Source: an uncultured bacterium (lineage in GTDB: Bacteria; Eisenbacteria; RBG-16-71-46; DASYSL01). Taken from it: DNA of 47,535 bases. Position numbers and translations under genes: made by a program. Numbering within the stretch: position 1 is the stretch's first letter; the number at the start of each line of letters is the position of its first letter. Of the stretch, positions 46,340-47,535 are shown piece by piece. Location: the NCBI GenBank assembly GCA_964386525.1, contig CAYLSO010000258.1, positions 1 through 47,535 on the forward strand, given 5' to 3'. The notes below the pieces were generated by a model. That model was not told where the DNA came from and searched no databases. It saw nothing but the letters and a program-made list of their open reading frames with translations.

Positions 46340-47476
46340 CTACGCCGCCAGCCGCGAGCTGCGGTTGGGCTCCGGCTCGCGGTCCGCCCGCGGTGCGCGC
46401 TCGGCCGCCCGCCGCGCCTGCTGCGCGTCGGGGTGCAGGTCGCCGTAGCCGCGAAAGAGATGCACGGCGGCGTCGGTGACCTCGGGGTCGAACTGCGTGC
46501 CGCGGTTCGTGAGCAGCTCTTCCTGGATGCGCGAATAGGGCAGCGCCGGGCGGTACGGACGCTGCACCGACATGGCGTCCAGCGCGTCGGCCACGGCCAC
46601 GATGCGCGCCGCCCGTGGCAGTTGGGTGCCGCGCAGGCCGAGCGGGTAGCCGTGGCCGTCGTAGCGCTCGTGGTGGCCGACGATGCACTCGGCGGCGGTG
46701 CGCAGGAAGGGCAGGTCGCGCACGATGCCGAAGCCGACGCGCGGGTGGCTGCGCATCACCCGCCACTCCTCGGCGGTGAGCGGCCCCGGCTTGAGCAGGA
46801 CCGAGTCCGGGATGCCGATCTTGCCGAGGTCGTGCAGCAGCGCGCCGTGGAAGATCTTCTGCTTGTGGCGCTCGGGCAGCTGCATCACGTCGGCCAGCCG
46901 CAGCGCGTACTCGGCGACGCGCTTCGAGTGGCGCTGGGTCTCGCCCTCGCGCGCGTCCAGCGCGGCCACCAGCGACTCGAGCGCCAGGCGGTAGGCGCGC
47001 CCGGCGCGGCGCAGCGAGCGGCGCAGCTCGCGCGCCCGCTCGCGCATCTCGCGCTCCAGGGCGGCCCGCAGCTCGCCGTTCTCGTGGCGCAGGCGCGCCC
47101 GCTCCAGCGCTCGGCGGACCGCCAGCTGCAGGTCCTCGGGACAGCGGTCGCGCCGCAGGACGTCGTCGGCGGCGTCGGGGACGGCGGCCTGGGCCAGAGC
47201 GGCGTCCTCGGGGGCGGCCACGAGCACCAGGCCGGGCTGCGGCCACTCCTCGCGCAGGCGCGGCGCCAGGGGAGCGCCGGCCCCGTCGCGGAGCCGCAGG
47301 TCGCAGAGCACGGCATCGTACGGCGTGCCCCGCAGCGCGGCGAGCGCCTCCTCGGCGTCGCCGGCGCCGCGCGCCGCGTAGCCGTCGAGGCTGAGCAGGC
47401 CCACCACGCGCTCGCGCTGCGGGGTCTCGCGGTCGGCGACCAGGATGCGGCGGCTGTGGAAGCTGGCGAAGTGCAC
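46340..47476 (-). CDS. response regulator with HD-GYP output domain (c-di-GMP phosphodiesterase type)
   Basis: The receiver domain reads RILVADRE...YDAVLCDLRL. The HD-GYP domain reads HSKRVAEYA...LLHDLGKIGIP...GHHERYDGHGYPLGL. The frame stays open upstream of the GTG to the window edge, so the true start may lie outside the window. Confidence 0.8.
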   Translation of the reverse strand: MHFASFHSRRILVADRETPQRERVVGLLSLDGYAARGAGDAEEALAALRGTPYDAVLCDLRLRDGAGAPLAPRLREEWPQPGLVLVAAPEDAALAQAAVPDAADDVLRRDRCPEDLQLAVRRALERARLRHENGELRAALEREMRERARELRRSLRRAGRAYRLALESLVAALDAREGETQRHSKRVAEYALRLADVMQLPERHKQKIFHGALLHDLGKIGIPDSVLLKPGPLTAEEWRVMRSHPRVGFGIVRDLPFLRTAAECIVGHHERYDGHGYPLGLRGTQLPRAARIVAVADALDAMSVQRPYRPALPYSRIQEELLTNRGTQFDPEVTDAAVHLFRGYGDLHPDAQQARRAAERAPRADREPEPNRSSRLAA

Positions 47477-47535
47477 GGTCTCCCCCGATGCCGGACCCCC
47501 CGCCGGGGAGAAGGCCTCCGCGGGGCGGTCCGCAG

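Overview
Very GC-rich bacterial chromosomal segment (by eye at least 70% G+C). Strong GC3 bias fills the six-frame track with long Arg/Ala/Gly/Pro-rich shadow ORFs that I do not call. I saw no rRNA, tRNA, CRISPR array, transposase or integrase. I support about 40 genes. From left to right they are: a partial secreted alpha/beta-hydrolase; two paralogous tetraheme c-type cytochromes flanking an NYN/OST-HTH protein and oligoendopeptidase F; acyl-CoA dehydrogenase; FabI; a Ser/Thr kinase with TPR repeats; and a di-heme cytochrome c peroxidase translationally coupled to a monoheme cytochrome fused to a beta-barrel (Cyc2/Cyt572-like architecture). Next come a histone H1-like basic repeat protein, a decayed lamin-tail-domain (LTD) paralog and a cold-shock protein. 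A 9.3 kb minus-strand operon apbE-rnfCDGEAB-korAB faces a divergent small ferredoxin. The remainder holds an S9 peptidase, a full-length LTD surface protein, a class A PBP, a small Cys-rich secreted protein, a roughly 920 aa GreA-like protein, glk, pgl-pgi, a GT-C membrane glycosyltransferase, cstA, a CAP/SCP-domain secreted protein and an HD-GYP response regulator. Four secreted proteins end in FlgD-Ig/T9SS-like C-terminal domains, which suggests an uncultivated lineage (inference only). The items most worth a second look are these. (1) The heme-porin/peroxidase pair, taken with the exported tetraheme cytochromes. (2) An in-frame TGA at the invariant Cys of CstA, followed by a SECIS-like hairpin. 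(3) A 19-residue C-terminal tag, DCA[VL]PTxxTTWGxLKATxR-stop, shared by two unrelated secreted proteins. (4) An unrecognised Cys-rich domain shared by two secreted proteins. (5) RnfA carrying an extra N-terminal exported domain. (6) An in-frame TAA at a conserved Tyr in an otherwise intact PBP.
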